In this document: positions 62,344 to 64,000 of the stretch, piece by piece | Position numbering within the stretch: the first letter of the stretch is position 1 | Layout: the number at the start of each line of letters is the position of its first letter | DNA from: an uncultured Actinomycetota bacterium | GTDB lineage: Bacteria > Actinomycetota > Actinomycetes > Propionibacteriales > Nocardioidaceae | Assembly: GCA_963786795.1 (NCBI GenBank) | Contig: CAWBAQ010000016.1 | Location: forward strand, 70,230-134,229 | Length of the DNA stretch: 64,000 nucleotides | Direction of reading: 5' to 3' | Notes under the pieces: generated by a model | The model's input: only the letters and a program-made list of their open reading frames with translations | Told to the model about the DNA's origin: nothing | Database searches by the model: none | Made by a program: the position numbers and the translations under genes

Positions 62344-64000
62344 ATGCTGCACGGGCGGAGTGCACCTGATCGCCTTGATCGAGGCGTTGCTCGCCGACGC
62401 TCGCGACCACCGCAGCGGAGCCCTGCTCCTGCACGGCGAAGCAGGCATCGGAAAGTCCGCTTTGCTCGACTACGCCCAGTCGCGCGCAGACGACATGAAC
62501 ATCGTGCGGGGCACCGGGTTCCAGTCCGAGTCCAGCTTTGCTTTCGCCGTGCTGGGTCAGGTCGCCGGCCCGCTCGATCTCCTTGATCGACCGTCTGCCG
62601 GGTCCGCAGGCCAGAGCGCTCAGCAGCGCACTGGGCCTGGACGACGAGCCGGTCGCGGACCGGCTGCTGGTGTTCGCCGGGTTCTTGTCCCTGTTGGCGG
62701 AGTCGGCCGAGGACCGCCCGACGCTCTGCCTCCTCGACGACATCCAGTGGGCTGACCAGGGGTCGGTCGACGCCCTGGCGTTTGCAGCGCGCCGGCTGCA
62801 CGCCGAGCGGCGTGGCCATGCTGCTCGCGGCTCGCGTCGACGGGGCGGAGGATCCCACGATCCGTGGTCTTCCGGACTGCCCGCTGGAGCGGCTCGGCAG
62901 GGCGGACGCCCTCAAGCTGATACGCGAGCACGGCACCTCACTGAGCGCTGCGACGGAGAACCGCCTGGTCGAGGCGAGTGCAGGCAACCCCCTGGCCCTG
63001 GTCGAGTTCCCGCGTGTCTTCGACGAACGACCACCCGGGGCAGCCGAGTGGTCGCACGACCCGCTGCCGCTGAGGGCGAAGATCAACAGCGCCTTCCTCG
63101 AGCAGTCGCGCCGGCTGTCGACGGACGCCCGGACGATCCTGGTGGTCATCGCCGCTGACCTGGAGCCCACGGTCGAGGAGTCGATGGCGGTGGCTCGCGA
63201 GCTGGGCGCGGACCCGAAGGGGTTCGCCGAGGCAGAGGACAGCGGGTTGGTCTGCCGCACCAGGGGGAGGCTGGGCTTCCGCCATCCGCTGATCCGCCCC
63301 GCTGTCTACAACGACGCATCCGCTGAGCTCCGGCTACGGGTTCACCGCCTGTACTCAGAGGTCTTCCGGAGCGAGCGGCAGATCGAGAGCAAGGCGTGGC
63401 ACCGGAGTCTGTCGACGAGCGCACCCGACGAGGAGCTGGCCGGCGTCCTCGAAGCCTCGGCGGGCTGGTCGCAGAAGCGCGGTGCGCTCGAAGCGTCGTC
63501 GTGGGCCTGGGCGCGCGCCGCGGACTTCAGCGAGGACTCGGAGTCCGCAGCATGGAGGATGAAGACTGCGGCCGACACAGCCAGGTTGGCGGGAGACCCG
63601 GCGCGGGCACGAGCGTTGATCGACCGGGCCGGTCGCCTTCACGGTGGTGAGGATCTCCGCGCTGAGCTCGATGTGCTGCGAGGCGGGCTCGAGCTGCGGA
63701 CGGGAAGACCAGCGGATGCGCACGCGATCCTGAGCTCGGTGGCCAGCAGGATGGCCGCCTCGGATCCTGTGCGCGCTCTTCGCATCTTGACCGAGGCGGG
63801 CGAGGCCGCCTCGTACGCCGGCGACCGCGACCTGATCGTGGCGACGGGAGCCCAGGCTGCAGAGCTCGTGGCGGTGGTGTCGGGTCCGGCCCGGTTGCCG
63901 GGTCTGGTGTTGATCGGCTCCGGCAAGGTCGTCTCCGGCGAGGCGGAGCGCGGTCGGTCGATCTGCCGCGAGGCCGTGTCCATGGCGGACGAGGCCACTG
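62344..64000 (+). CDS. LAL/MalT-type AAA-ATPase LuxR regulator (frameshifted; 3' end outside the window)
   Basis: Walker A GEAGIGKSALL, Walker B LLDDIQWAD..S..AL.F.ARRL, GNPLALVE, FRHPLIR.AVY, AWH. Leaderless TAGTGT-N6-ATG. Confidence 0.85.

Overview
High-GC actinobacterial chromosome segment, Nocardioides-like by gene content, REP-type palindromes and leaderless TANNNT promoters. Many genes are broken by single-base indels, which most likely reflect long-read assembly error, so coordinates of split genes are approximate. Left to right: benzoyl-CoA epoxidation genes (boxC, boxB, PaaI thioesterase) with a PaaX-type regulator; a ROK-linked zwf-edd-eda Entner-Doudoroff operon; mmuM, VOC genes, pgm and an RsbQ/RsbP-like pair; a core-type methionine synthase; a mycofactocin locus (mftABCE-SDR-mftF-mftD) joined to an Fe-ADH/sensor kinase/response regulator/LarA operon and a Zn nicotinoprotein ADH with a MoxR AAA+/VWA pair; FGE, PPOX and GH31 genes; a MerR-DICT regulator with a divergent four-gene operon; IdeR-boxed bfd-bfr; a YceI-VOC-esterase operon; a glycolate/lactate cluster (lctP, glcFED, glcG, glcB, IclR); and the start of a LAL-type regulator. 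No rRNA, tRNA, CRISPR array or transposase was seen. Best leads: (1) a possible programmed -1 frameshift (internal SD, slippery site, hairpin) joining the AAA+ and VWA genes; (2) a nickel-pincer LarA racemase inside the mycofactocin regulatory operon; (3) an ErcA/ErcS-like Fe-ADH/kinase module beside the mycofactocin genes; (4) a MerR-DICT regulon; (5) PaaX-type control of box genes through a shared 18-bp motif.
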